From Candidatus Nanohaloarchaea archaeon (GTDB taxonomy: Archaea; Nanohalarchaeota; Nanosalinia; Nanosalinales; Nanosalinaceae), in NCBI GenBank assembly GCA_014297435.1, contig JACOQA010000002.1, positions 128,001 through 192,000 of the forward strand: DNA of 64,000 nt, written 5' to 3'. The notes beneath the pieces are model-generated. The model was not told the DNA's origin and did no database searches. It was given only the letters and a program-made list of their open reading frames with translations. This document shows, piece by piece, positions 28,034-38,025 of this stretch. A program made the position numbers and the translations under genes. How positions within the stretch are numbered: position 1 is the first letter of the stretch; every line of letters begins with the position of its first letter.

Positions 28034-29245
28034 CTATATGTAAAACTTTTCTTCTACGAGTTCGTTGATCTGACCTCTAATATCTTCGGAAAGATCGACG
28101 GATATCTGTCTTGTTCTTCCGTAACGCCCTTTCGAAATAACCTTGGCGTTGATAACCCCCAACATGTCAAGCTCAGATATCAGTCCTGAAACTCTTCTCT
28201 GCGTAAGCTTTGAGACATCTACGTCCTGGCAAAGCTCTTTATATTCACTGTAAACATCTCCTGTCGCTATCTCATCTTCATCCTCCGTCATATCAAGTAT
28301 AGTGTAGAGAACAAGTTTCGAGTGCTTAGGCTGATTCCTCACTGTTTCGACCACTCTGTCTCTTTCAATCTTCTCCTGTGCCTGGTCGACGTGATCGGTA
28401 GCTACTTCTTCGCTGCTGGATCTTTCTGCCAGTTCTCCTGCAACACGGATAAGATCTAATGCTCTTCTTGCGTCGCCATGTTCTTGAGCGGCTAAAGCAG
28501 AACATTTCGAGATAACTCCTTCCTCTAAAGTATCTTCAACAAATCCTTTTTCCGCCCTGTCCTTCAAAATTTCTCTAAGTTCTATCGCGTTGTAAGGCGG
28601 GAAGATTATCTCCTCTTCTGAAAGTGAGGACTTTACTCTTGAGTCCATGTACTCCGTAAAGTTTAGGTCGTTCGAAATCCCTACAATAGAAACTTTTGTT
28701 TCATCTAAGTCGTCGTTGATTCTTGTAAGGTTGTATAGGAATTCGTCTCCGACTTTTTTGACTAATGCATCGATTTCGTCTAATGCAATTATTACTACAC
28801 CTTTCTGTTCCTGTAGTGCTTCGAAGAAACGGTTGTAAACCTCATCGGTCGGAAGTCCTGTGCTTGGTACATCGTCTCCTAACTGTCCTGCAAGCTTAGC
28901 AAGTAAGCGGTACTCTGTATCGGCTACCTTCTTCATCTTACAGTTTATGTATACAATATTAAGGTCGACGTCCTCGTCTTCGGCAACATCGTTTAACTCA
29001 CCTGTAACGTGCTTTGTAATTAAGGTCTTCCCTGTCCCTACAGAACCGTAGATGAAGACGTTTGATGGATCGTCTCCTCGGAGGCTTGGTGCCAGAATGG
29101 ATGCGAGGTTGTTGATCTGCTGGTCCCTATGTAGTATGTTGTCAGGTTTCCAGTTGGTCGTAAGAGCGTCCTTGTTTTTGAAACAAGATTTCTTGTCGAT
29201 GTAGTCAGAGAACATCGACTTCAGGTTGCCCTGACTCAAAACCAT
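28034..29245 (-). CDS. cdc6: Orc1/Cdc6 replication initiator
   Basis: Walker A GSVGTGKT, LDEID, GDARRALDL, C-terminal winged helix SKGRYGRTR. Confidence 0.97.
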   Translation of the reverse strand: MVLSQGNLKSMFSDYIDKKSCFKNKDALTTNWKPDNILHRDQQINNLASILAPSLRGDDPSNVFIYGSVGTGKTLITKHVTGELNDVAEDEDVDLNIVYINCKMKKVADTEYRLLAKLAGQLGDDVPSTGLPTDEVYNRFFEALQEQKGVVIIALDEIDALVKKVGDEFLYNLTRINDDLDETKVSIVGISNDLNFTEYMDSRVKSSLSEEEIIFPPYNAIELREILKDRAEKGFVEDTLEEGVISKCSALAAQEHGDARRALDLIRVAGELAERSSSEEVATDHVDQAQEKIERDRVVETVRNQPKHSKLVLYTILDMTEDEDEIATGDVYSEYKELCQDVDVSKLTQRRVSGLISELDMLGVINAKVISKGRYGRTRQISVDLSEDIRGQINELVEEKFYI

Positions 29246-29285
29246 TCCCCTCTGTAGAAGTGCATTTGTTTTTGCCCCCGTGTTG

Positions 29286-29305
29286 GTTCCATTCGAAACG
29301 AAGGT
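29286..29305 (+). promoter_or_regulatory. ORB-like box near the cdc6 promoter
   Basis: GTTCCATTCGAAACGAAGGT. Confidence 0.7.
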
Positions 29306-29343
29306 TTAAGTATATACTCCAGATGAATTCCGTGTAAAACCAA

Positions 29344-29370
29344 CCCCCACCCCCTGTTTTCGTGTGGAAC
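29344..29370 (-). promoter_or_regulatory. ORB with G-string
   Basis: Minus strand GTTCCACACGAAAACAGGGGGTGGGGG. Confidence 0.85.
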
Positions 29371-29458
29371 TTAATCCTAACCACCCACCTACCGGTATAA
29401 CACTGTTATATTATATGTCGGTGTTATAACGTAAACTCGAACTCAGATTAGAAAATAA

Positions 29459-29480
29459 CTCCATACGAAACCGAGGGGTC
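29459..29480 (+). promoter_or_regulatory. ORB
   Basis: CTCCATACGAAACCGAGGGGTC. Confidence 0.85.
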
Positions 29481-29695
29481 TGTGGTTTAGAGGCAAAACC
29501 GGATAAAAATGGTCTAAACCATACAGCTAAACCGAAACCGGCAGAAACAATATAGAGAAAACAGACAACAAAACTAAGTTCTTAAGGTTTAGAGAAATAT
29601 TTATTGGTTTAGATAACAGCCAGAAAAACGTTTTAGAAGAATCAAAGATTTCCTAGTTTGATAAAATGCTTTAGAGTTGCTTAGAATGCTTGTTT

Positions 29696-29717
29696 GACCC
29701 CCTGATTTCGAGTGGAG
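29696..29717 (-). promoter_or_regulatory. ORB
   Basis: Minus strand CTCCACTCGAAATCAGGGGGTC. Confidence 0.85.
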
Positions 29718-29801
29718 AAGAGAGGGTATAGTTCTTAATATGGGTTATCGGAGAGTAATAATACCTCATATTTTAAGGCTTCCTGTTCGAGTAAGGAGTC
29801 A

Positions 29802-29954
29802 GTGAGTCACGGCTCAGGAAACCAACATTCAGACCCGGCAAGAAAATGGGAGAAAGCACTCGCCCATATCACAATCGCAATCATCCTCAGCATAGGACGA
29901 GTGACTTATTCAGTTTTCGCCTCAGTCTTCAGGATTCTGACACGGCTAGCCTGA
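29802..29954 (+). CDS. Putative 50-aa small membrane protein (below the ORF-track cutoff)
   Basis: GTG start; MSHGSGNQHSDPARKWEKALAHITIAIILSIGRVTYSVFASVFRILTRLA; TTTTAA box about 30 nt upstream and AAGGAG. Confidence 0.4.
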   Translation: MSHGSGNQHSDPARKWEKALAHITIAIILSIGRVTYSVFASVFRILTRLA

Positions 29955-32900
29955 ACTTGTCCAATTTACTAAATTCCTTTTCGGCAATTCCAATCAAATT
30001 CAAAGCCTTTTCTCTGCTAAGACCAGAACCTTCAATATTGAAACCATTTGAAGTTGCTACAAACCTGCCCTTACTACTGGAAACAATATACTTTATCTCA
30101 GGAGTTTCTAACTTCTTTACACTAAAATTGCTGGTTTTTAGCTGGTATACCGATTTTTCAGGTCTACTTAGGTGGCTTAGTGAGACTTCGGGACTTTGTA
30201 TAGCGGCTTTTTTGGTCGAGCGGTTCACGGAAAATTCAAGCGAAATACTTCCAGATGAAATCGACCTCTTTAAGCCTTCGAAATCCTTAGAAACTTTTTC
30301 TGACGTGGCACCCGCCTGTTTCAACTGGAATCTCTTCCCGCCAACAATAACAGTGCTCGAAGAATCATTCAGACCGATAACATCGAACACAACTTTCTCA
30401 GACTCGCCAGGTTTCAATACAACCGAACGGTTCTCGTCCTCCAGCAGATCGAAAACAAGATTTTCGCTTAGTTTAGGGCTAATCGATCTCTCTATTTTGA
30501 AGCTGTTATTGTTTTTGAACTCGACCACAAGTTCCCCAATTCCACCTTCTCTCAAATCACCTGAAACATTAAAATCTAGATCTCCTATTTCGTAGGTCTT
30601 CGAAGCCTTGGCGACATTGCTATCGGTTATAACTGCAGCCTCCACAAAATGCTCTCCTTGTCCAAGTCTCGAGATATTGTAAATATTGATGCCTTTCTCG
30701 AGTGAGGTTTCGAAAGAAGTTCTACTACCGCCAATCTGATAAGCGACTGTTGCATTCCGTTTCTTGTTAGAGTAGACTTCGAGTCGGGCAACATTTTCCC
30801 CTTCAAGCGAGGCTGTTAGAGGCGTTGAATACCTAACTTTTATCGAAGCATTTTGAACTACTTCATAGCTATTTCCTGTCTTCATTATACCGGACTGGAC
30901 GAACCTGAAATCTTCGCCCTTCGAATAGTTTGATTTTGTTGAGGGAAAGCTTTCGAACTCCCTCGAAATATTTTCGTACCCACCTGAAGATGTTAGGAGC
31001 TGTGTTTCAGGCAGTTCTAAACCGGTTTTCTCGGTGTATCGGCTACTGGTTTCAACTTGTTGGATATTTCCAGGTATTTTCTCTGAGAACGAATATAACG
31101 GCGTTATAGGAGCTCCGGCTATTTTCAGTTCTGAGGAAGAGTTATAGCTCAAACCGTCCTCAAAACCGATTTCAGGTCTTAGAGTTGCGTTCAAAACACA
31201 TTCGCCTTTCTCACATTTTTTCGAAAACTCGAAGTAATCAGATTTTATAGGATCTTTAGGCATCTCCGGATTACCCATCAAAGAAAGCGAAGACTCCATC
31301 TTATCTTTAACACCATTTTTATGGAAAGAAGTTGGATTGTAAACCAGTCCGGTCTCTCTCAAAGAGTTAACTGAACTTTTGAGCGAGTTTCCTAGGTTCT
31401 TACCTACCCTGAAGAACTCTGAATCAATTATGGAGGAGAATGCGGCATAGTTCACAGTTGAAAATCCTAGGTGGGCGGAAGCACCTTTCTCAATAAAACT
31501 ATTTCTCATCTCCGCATCTTTTTTACCTGCCATAACTGTCGAGTCCCAGACAATAGGCTTCTCCAACTCAGGTATATCGGAAGGACTTATACTTACGTTG
31601 TACTGATTGTGGGATGGCAGCTTCCAGTTGTTTGAGTTACCGCGTCCCTGGAAGTAGATTATTTCCGACCCCCTGGTTTCACCTAGAAAACCTTGTTTCT
31701 CAAGCTTAGGATGGCTTTCAGGCCACAAAAAGTTGTAGAAAACCTGGACCACACCTTTCTGGATTACCTCGGTAGGAGTTTTACCTAGAGGTACTTCCCA
31801 ACCCTCCATACGTTTCAGACCTCTCTCTAGATTGAACTCGTAGTCACTCCATTTGTACTCGTAAAGCATCTCCAGACCTTCTTCCGCAAACTTCAGACCT
31901 CTGATAACCGTTAAACTGGTTTTAGCCATGCTTCCAGCGGAAGATCCAACTGAATCCAGTAAAGACTCAGCTCTATCCGTATTTTTTAGGAAGCTTGAGA
32001 TACCTGTAGGGGTCAGGCTGTACAAGGTCTGTAAAGGTTCGGCCCTTCTCTCAACAAAATGCGTGGTGTTATACCCTTCTTTTCTTAGAACGTTTTCAAC
32101 GCTGCTACCATGTCTAAGACCTCCTCCAAAAGTTGCGAGCACCACAGGCCATTCCTTGTGTAGGTATTCAGATCCTAGAACCGCTTTGCTACCGATTTCT
32201 CTTTCCAGTGATCTGTGGAAAAGCTTTGAAGCTTCTAAGCTGTCTGAAGGGTATCTTCCGACACCTGCCTCAAGGAAAGAATCGTTGTCCAGGTCTCCAT
32301 AGTTAAGGTCGGAGGTGAAATGTTTACCGTCCTCTTTATCGCTGAAAAGTATTCCTTTTTCCACAGGGTCCTCGTAAACCTTTCTAGGAGCGTTTAATAG
32401 CGATATATGTTTGCCTTCAAATACTGTGTTAGGGTTCTCTCCTATCCGTTTGAACGCATTATTGATTTTTCTATCGAGCCTTATAACGCCGTTATATTTA
32501 TTGGTTGTCGAATTCAAGTTCTGGTAGCTGAAGTCGCTGTCAAAGTTAACAGGGTAAACAACTTGTTTTACAGCCATCTCCGCCGCCAAAACACCGGAAT
32601 CAGAATCTAAATCAGCTACAACAACATGGTTAGGATCAAAAACCTCGATAAAACGATTCTTAACCTCTTCAAGACTCTTGTTAACCAGAGAACTTGAACA
32701 CCTTTCCCTGGAAAAACTCAGGCACGAACCATTCTTAGCTGCCAAAGCAGAAGCATAAACAGCCTTAACACGATCCTTCACAAAAACACAGTCCGTCCTA
32801 TTGAAAACCTTGTTCACGTTATCCGTAGAATTCGCCGAAGAAACACCTACACCAAGAACGTTTTCTTCCTGAATTTTCTCCGTAGAATTTGAAACATAAG

Positions 32901-34026
32901 CTGTCGAGTTCAAAGCCACAGCCTCTAACATCGAACGGTCTTTACCCACAAAAACAGTTTGATTAAGAGAATGGTTCCAGGTGTCAGTCGCGGCTTTCTC
33001 AAGATCAAGTATTTTGACTTCCTGATCTAAGGCTAGAGCAAGTTCATGCTCTTGATCGGGATCATACTGTGTGAGTTTGAGCCCTTTTTGATAATTCTTC
33101 AAACTAGATGAAAATATTTTTTCGCCTTTGTAATTGAATATAGATAGATTTCTTGCCTGTATTCCAGCCATTAAATCTCTTTTAGGTAGTTTTTGGAGTT
33201 GATCAATTTGGTGTTCGTAGTTTTTCTGATGGAGTAATTCCCCTTTTTGGTTTCTGATATATAAGCTGTTTTTACCGCCATAGAGCATTTTGTTGTCTTT
33301 TAGGACTACAGAGGTTGTGATAGGAGACTTAACAGACCATTTAACAGAGCCGTTCAAACCTCTCAGTTCTAATCCCTGAGAATGTCTGATGAGGACGCTT
33401 TTATCGATGAATTTGCCGAATTTCTTATCGCCAGGGGCAGCAGACCATTCTATTTTGCCTGTTTCGGACTCAATCACTCTTAAAGGTCCTGAGCCATAGT
33501 TTCCAAAAATAACTTCCAATCTACCATCTTCGTCAAAATCTGAATGATCTCCAACTAGTTTCAAACCCTTATTGCTATTTTTCAACCATCTCTGTTTTCC
33601 ATTCAAACTAAAAACGCCGTAAATCCTTCCATTACCAGCCGCTATACGGTTGTCTGAAATGAATTTCACCGAATCAACAGCCCTTCTGAATGCGCTTTCT
33701 GAAGTAATATCGCCTTGTGAGTGTACAAACCATTTGGGGTCTGAAAACTTTGTTCCGGTTGCCCAAAAGGCAGTATTGTTGATTTTACGGTAGTCTATGC
33801 TGAAGGCGGTCCTGCCCTCAGGATTCAGGCTGTAGAGTTTGGAGGATTTGTTGTAAACCGATAAAATGTCTTTTTGATTTATTTCAAGTCCGAAATCTCC
33901 TTCTTTAGAAGTTTCAAAACTTTTTAACTTATTCTCGTAATCGAAGCTTTGAATCTCGGTTAGTTCAAAGCCCGAAGCTGCCGGTATCACCGGAATTAAC
34001 AGTAAAACAATCAGTATCTTTCTCAT
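29929..34026 (-). CDS. Large secreted protein: beta-propeller, peptidase C25 (gingipain)-like domain and Ig-like C-terminus
   Basis: Signal peptide MRKILIVLLLIPVIPAASG; DFDEDGRLEVIFG repeat; YGDLDNDSFLEAGVGRYP; LMGNP; expected catalytic His/Cys not seen. Confidence 0.7.
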   Translation of the reverse strand: MRKILIVLLLIPVIPAASGFELTEIQSFDYENKLKSFETSKEGDFGLEINQKDILSVYNKSSKLYSLNPEGRTAFSIDYRKINNTAFWATGTKFSDPKWFVHSQGDITSESAFRRAVDSVKFISDNRIAAGNGRIYGVFSLNGKQRWLKNSNKGLKLVGDHSDFDEDGRLEVIFGNYGSGPLRVIESETGKIEWSAAPGDKKFGKFIDKSVLIRHSQGLELRGLNGSVKWSVKSPITTSVVLKDNKMLYGGKNSLYIRNQKGELLHQKNYEHQIDQLQKLPKRDLMAGIQARNLSIFNYKGEKIFSSSLKNYQKGLKLTQYDPDQEHELALALDQEVKILDLEKAATDTWNHSLNQTVFVGKDRSMLEAVALNSTAYVSNSTEKIQEENVLGVGVSSANSTDNVNKVFNRTDCVFVKDRVKAVYASALAAKNGSCLSFSRERCSSSLVNKSLEEVKNRFIEVFDPNHVVVADLDSDSGVLAAEMAVKQVVYPVNFDSDFSYQNLNSTTNKYNGVIRLDRKINNAFKRIGENPNTVFEGKHISLLNAPRKVYEDPVEKGILFSDKEDGKHFTSDLNYGDLDNDSFLEAGVGRYPSDSLEASKLFHRSLEREIGSKAVLGSEYLHKEWPVVLATFGGGLRHGSSVENVLRKEGYNTTHFVERRAEPLQTLYSLTPTGISSFLKNTDRAESLLDSVGSSAGSMAKTSLTVIRGLKFAEEGLEMLYEYKWSDYEFNLERGLKRMEGWEVPLGKTPTEVIQKGVVQVFYNFLWPESHPKLEKQGFLGETRGSEIIYFQGRGNSNNWKLPSHNQYNVSISPSDIPELEKPIVWDSTVMAGKKDAEMRNSFIEKGASAHLGFSTVNYAAFSSIIDSEFFRVGKNLGNSLKSSVNSLRETGLVYNPTSFHKNGVKDKMESSLSLMGNPEMPKDPIKSDYFEFSKKCEKGECVLNATLRPEIGFEDGLSYNSSSELKIAGAPITPLYSFSEKIPGNIQQVETSSRYTEKTGLELPETQLLTSSGGYENISREFESFPSTKSNYSKGEDFRFVQSGIMKTGNSYEVVQNASIKVRYSTPLTASLEGENVARLEVYSNKKRNATVAYQIGGSRTSFETSLEKGINIYNISRLGQGEHFVEAAVITDSNVAKASKTYEIGDLDFNVSGDLREGGIGELVVEFKNNNSFKIERSISPKLSENLVFDLLEDENRSVVLKPGESEKVVFDVIGLNDSSSTVIVGGKRFQLKQAGATSEKVSKDFEGLKRSISSGSISLEFSVNRSTKKAAIQSPEVSLSHLSRPEKSVYQLKTSNFSVKKLETPEIKYIVSSSKGRFVATSNGFNIEGSGLSREKALNLIGIAEKEFSKLDKFRLAVSES

Positions 34027-34071
34027 GGTTAAGCTGAAAAGCTTCTGTTTTAAACCAAAGATTACGGTTCG

Positions 34072-35196
34072 ATGAGTGTGGAAGTAGGAATATACCATCC
34101 TTGGTTGAAAGAGAAAGGCGGAGCCGAAAAAGTAGTTCTAGAACTAGCAAAACGATCAACACACGAAATAACAATATACACAAGGTTCTACAACCCGGAA
34201 TCAACATTCAAAGAATTCGGAGATCTGGAAATTAAGGAACTAGGGTTTGGCGGTGACGCAAAAAACTTTATCGACGCAGGTCTCAGATTCGGAATCGGAT
34301 CCATGCTAGGCAAAATACCGACAGAAAAACTCGACGCACTAATAATATCAGAAGCAGGTCTCGGATCACTCACAGCAATCAGAAACAACAACCTACCAAT
34401 AATCTGCTACTGCCACACACCTCTAAGAGCTGCGCACCCCGAATTCACACAACTCTACATCAACGAACAACCTCTACCACTAAAACCCGTCTACAAAATC
34501 GGAACCAAAATATACAGCGTTTTCGAGAAACACGCATGGAAAAAATTCGACAAGGTAATTGCGAACAGCCAAACTACCAAAGAAAGAATAATCGCAAAAC
34601 ACCTAAAACACGAGAAAGACATAGAAGTAGTCCATCCCGGTGCAGATATAGAACAAAACAAGCCTGGAGAGTACGAAAACTACTTCCTGTACCCCTCCCG
34701 TTTCAGAAAGTACAAAAGACAAGAACTAGCTATTGAAGCATTCGAAAAAGCGGATCTCGAAGGCTTCAAACTAATTTTGGCTGGTTCCAACCAAGACCCT
34801 GAATACGTAGAACAACTAAGACAAAAAGCAGGAGAAAACGTAGAAATCAAGACCGATGTGCCGGGAGACGAATGGAGAGAACTTTACAGAAACTGTTACA
34901 GCGTCTTGTTTCTTGCAGAAAACGAAGACTGGGGTATTATCCCGGTCGAGACCGGAAGCTACGGCAAAAGTATCATCTCAGTTAATGAAGGCGGGCCGGC
35001 CGAATCAGTACAACACGGAGAAACAGGATTCCTTGTAGAACCCGAACCGGGCATGATCGCGGAAAAAATGTGTGAGTTGGCGGAAAATCCTGAGAAAAAC
35101 CGGGAAATCGGTAAAAAAGCTCGAAAAGAATCAAAGAAATACAGCTGGCAGAAATTCGCTGAAAAACTAGATAGACAAGTCGAGGATTTGGAATGA
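34072..35196 (+). CDS. Glycosyltransferase family 4
   Basis: GGAEKV, YCHTP, SRFRKYKR, EDWGIIPVE. Confidence 0.92.
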   Translation: MSVEVGIYHPWLKEKGGAEKVVLELAKRSTHEITIYTRFYNPESTFKEFGDLEIKELGFGGDAKNFIDAGLRFGIGSMLGKIPTEKLDALIISEAGLGSLTAIRNNNLPIICYCHTPLRAAHPEFTQLYINEQPLPLKPVYKIGTKIYSVFEKHAWKKFDKVIANSQTTKERIIAKHLKHEKDIEVVHPGADIEQNKPGEYENYFLYPSRFRKYKRQELAIEAFEKADLEGFKLILAGSNQDPEYVEQLRQKAGENVEIKTDVPGDEWRELYRNCYSVLFLAENEDWGIIPVETGSYGKSIISVNEGGPAESVQHGETGFLVEPEPGMIAEKMCELAENPEKNREIGKKARKESKKYSWQKFAEKLDRQVEDLE

Positions 35197-36155
35197 AAAT
35201 ATCACTTATCTGCACAGTATATAATGAAGGAGGATCTATCGAAGAACTTCTAGAATCCATAGTAGGACAGAAACGAACTCCGGATGAAGCAGTTTTCGTT
35301 GACGCGGGCTCCGAGGATGGCACACGTCAGATTATAGAAAATTACTCAGAGGATTATGAGTGGATCAAATTATTTGTTGAAGAAGGGTGCAATATTGCTG
35401 AGGGCCGTAACACTGCTATAGAGAAGGCAGAAAACGATTACATCGTAGGAACTGACGGCGGCTGTATTCTTGACGAAGGATGGGTTAAGGCCATGGAAGA
35501 AGCTTTCGAAGACGGTCATGAAGCGCTCTCCGGACTCTTTAAACCTCTTTCCGATGATCTGTTCGAATTCGTTCAGGGGGAGATTCGTTGCGCACACTAT
35601 GAACGAGAGAATGTTCCGGATAACTGGCCGCCAAGCTCCCGTTCAGTTGGTTTCACCAGACAAGCATGGGAGGATGCAGGAAAATACCCTGAAGATCTTT
35701 TCACAGGAGAAGACGCGAAATATAACTCAAATATTAGGCGGGCGGGATACGAATGGCATGTCGTGCGTGATGCATTTGTATACTGGCGTATGAGGCCATC
35801 ATGGAGATCATATTTCAAGCAGTTCTACCTTTATGGGGAGGGTGATGCCAGGGCAGGAAACATGTTTGACTACCCGGGCAAAATCTTCGGTGTCTCAAAG
35901 GTCTTTCTCCAGACCTCGACCACGTATATAGGACTGATAGGTTTAGCAGGAGCTATCACCGAACCACTTCTATTATCGTTGACTGTTGCTGGATTCGGTG
36001 CTCACTACGGTTATTACCTTTCAAATCTCAAATCTGCAGTAGAAAAGAAGGGATTAAAGACAGCTCCCTACTTTATTGGATTGGTGCCGGTTCAAACGCT
36101 TGGACACTTCCTAGGTTATCACAAAGAGAAGGTGAGAAAATGGCTTCGATTGTAA
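35193..36155 (+). CDS. Glycosyltransferase family 2 with C-terminal TM helices
   Basis: ISLICTVYNE, VDAGSEDGT, TDGGC, GED. Confidence 0.92.
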   Translation: MKISLICTVYNEGGSIEELLESIVGQKRTPDEAVFVDAGSEDGTRQIIENYSEDYEWIKLFVEEGCNIAEGRNTAIEKAENDYIVGTDGGCILDEGWVKAMEEAFEDGHEALSGLFKPLSDDLFEFVQGEIRCAHYERENVPDNWPPSSRSVGFTRQAWEDAGKYPEDLFTGEDAKYNSNIRRAGYEWHVVRDAFVYWRMRPSWRSYFKQFYLYGEGDARAGNMFDYPGKIFGVSKVFLQTSTTYIGLIGLAGAITEPLLLSLTVAGFGAHYGYYLSNLKSAVEKKGLKTAPYFIGLVPVQTLGHFLGYHKEKVRKWLRL

Positions 36156-37060
36156 TACCTACAAAAGACGAGGACAAGATCTTCACCGCGATGAAAAGAG
36201 CTAAGATGCAGGGACCCGACGAAATAATCGTAGTAAATGAACAGAGTTCCTCAGAACCTTACAAAGAAAAGCTATCTAATATGTCAGGAATAAGATACTT
36301 CGAAGTCGAAGGAGGAACCGCCAAAGCCAGAAATAAAGGAGCTGAGGAAGCGAAGTCTGATAAAATAATATTCCTGGATGCCGACTGTTATCCTCAAGAA
36401 GGCTGGCTTAAAGCCATGGAGGAAGCACTAGAACAAACAGATATGGCGGAGGGGAAGGTCGAATATCAGGGAAAAAGATGTCCCTTGAATAAAGTAGTAG
36501 AGAATCTTGGAGAAGAGAAAAGGTTTTTGACGGCCAATTTAGGGGTTAGGAAAGAAGTATTTGGCAGGATTCAGTTCGATGATGCTTACGATATATTCCG
36601 TGAAGACACTGATTTTGGTTGGAGAGCGTTGAAAGCAGGGTTCAAAACTCAGTTTGTTGAAAATGCAGGGGTCGATCATGATGCCGGAAGATACGACCTC
36701 GAATCGTTTGTTAAGGACAGGCTGAGGTACAAGACCGAGCCTTACTTCTACAGAAAGTTTAAGAACTACGATTTAATCGATAGAGAGGTATCGAAGAAAG
36801 GTCCTGTATACTATCCTAAAGAATTAGTTTTCTCACTTCTTATAATCGTAAGTCTTGCGGTCTCAATATTCCAGCCCTTGGCCTTAATAGCAACAGTAAG
36901 TTTGATGGTGTTTCTCTCAAGTTTCTACACTTACTCGAAGATAAATCAGGGCAAAGCAAGGTTCTGCCCGATCGACTGGCTGAAAGGGTTGGTGTACGTC
37001 CCTCTCGGAATGCTGGCGAAACAGTACGCCATAACCAAAGGTGTCTGGAAGTGGAGATAA
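36140..37060 (+). CDS. Glycosyltransferase family 2
   Basis: SIVIPT, ARNKGA, FLDADC, EDTDFGWR. Confidence 0.92.
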   Translation: MASIVIPTKDEDKIFTAMKRAKMQGPDEIIVVNEQSSSEPYKEKLSNMSGIRYFEVEGGTAKARNKGAEEAKSDKIIFLDADCYPQEGWLKAMEEALEQTDMAEGKVEYQGKRCPLNKVVENLGEEKRFLTANLGVRKEVFGRIQFDDAYDIFREDTDFGWRALKAGFKTQFVENAGVDHDAGRYDLESFVKDRLRYKTEPYFYRKFKNYDLIDREVSKKGPVYYPKELVFSLLIIVSLAVSIFQPLALIATVSLMVFLSSFYTYSKINQGKARFCPIDWLKGLVYVPLGMLAKQYAITKGVWKWR

Positions 37061-38025
37061 CATATGTAGGAAGTTCCACTGGTTACGCAGGAGTGGAGAT
37101 CTACAGTCAGGAGCTGAAAAGAGAGCTGGAGAAAAAAGATATAGAAGTAAACCAGGTCGAACCCGCGACAAAACTCAAGCCACACTTCCTAAACCACTTG
37201 CTGATGAACTCTAGGGAGTTAGGATCGGAGGGGGTCGTCCACGTCACGAACCAAGATCTTATGTCAGGTTTCTTCATGAAGAAAGGCAAAATGGTTGTAA
37301 CCGTCCACGATATCTTTCCATATCTGGGATACTCAGGTCCAATATATTCTCAAATCTCCAGGTTTTACGTCCGGAATATAGAGAGAAAGGCTGACAAGAT
37401 AATCGCGATTTCCGAGTTCACGAGAGACCAATTGATTGAAAACACCGATATTACTGATGAAAGGATCGAAGTCATATACCAAGGCGTTGATCTTGAAACA
37501 TTCTGCCCGAAAGAAGGATCGCCGTTCGAGTTCGACTATTTTCTGCATGTTGGATCGGAGATTGACAGGAAGAACATCGAAGGTTTGATTGAAATATTCT
37601 CAGATATTAAGGAAGAAAAAGATGTGAAGCTGGTAAGGGTCGGAAACCAGAAAGAGGAAACAAAGAATTTGATCGAATCGAAAGATCTTGAAGACGACGT
37701 TATCTATGTTGATAATATTACAACTGAGAAACTTGTTAAGATCTACTCTGGCGCAGAAAAACTACTATTCCCGAGTGAGGCAGAAGGCTTCGGAAGACCG
37801 ATGATCGAAAGCCTTGCTTGTGGAACACCGGTGGTTGCGTTTGATCGTTCACCCATGAACGAAGTTCTTCCCGAGGAAATGCTCGTTGATTGGAACGATC
37901 AGGAACGATTCGTTGAGAAGGCGCTTGAAAGTAGCGATACTGACTGTCGTTCAATCGCTGACAATTATTCGTGGGAGAGAACAGCAGAGGAAACAGTCGA
38001 GGTGTACAGACAATTAGGAAAGTAG
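37051..38025 (+). CDS. Glycosyltransferase family 4
   Basis: VTVHD, RKNIEGL, EGFGRPMIESLACGTPV. Confidence 0.92.
   Translation: MEITYVGSSTGYAGVEIYSQELKRELEKKDIEVNQVEPATKLKPHFLNHLLMNSRELGSEGVVHVTNQDLMSGFFMKKGKMVVTVHDIFPYLGYSGPIYSQISRFYVRNIERKADKIIAISEFTRDQLIENTDITDERIEVIYQGVDLETFCPKEGSPFEFDYFLHVGSEIDRKNIEGLIEIFSDIKEEKDVKLVRVGNQKEETKNLIESKDLEDDVIYVDNITTEKLVKIYSGAEKLLFPSEAEGFGRPMIESLACGTPVVAFDRSPMNEVLPEEMLVDWNDQERFVEKALESSDTDCRSIADNYSWERTAEETVEVYRQLGK

Larger units (their letters stand above)
29280..29720. other. Replication origin (oriC) upstream of cdc6
   Basis: Four ORB-like boxes; an inverted pair (29459-80 and 29696-717) flanks an AT-rich unwinding region. Confidence 0.88.

Noticed and set aside
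29846-30595. 249-aa plus-strand ORF, and the many other Ser/Phe/Leu-rich antisense ORFs in the track
   Set aside because: Shadows of well-supported genes on the opposite strand
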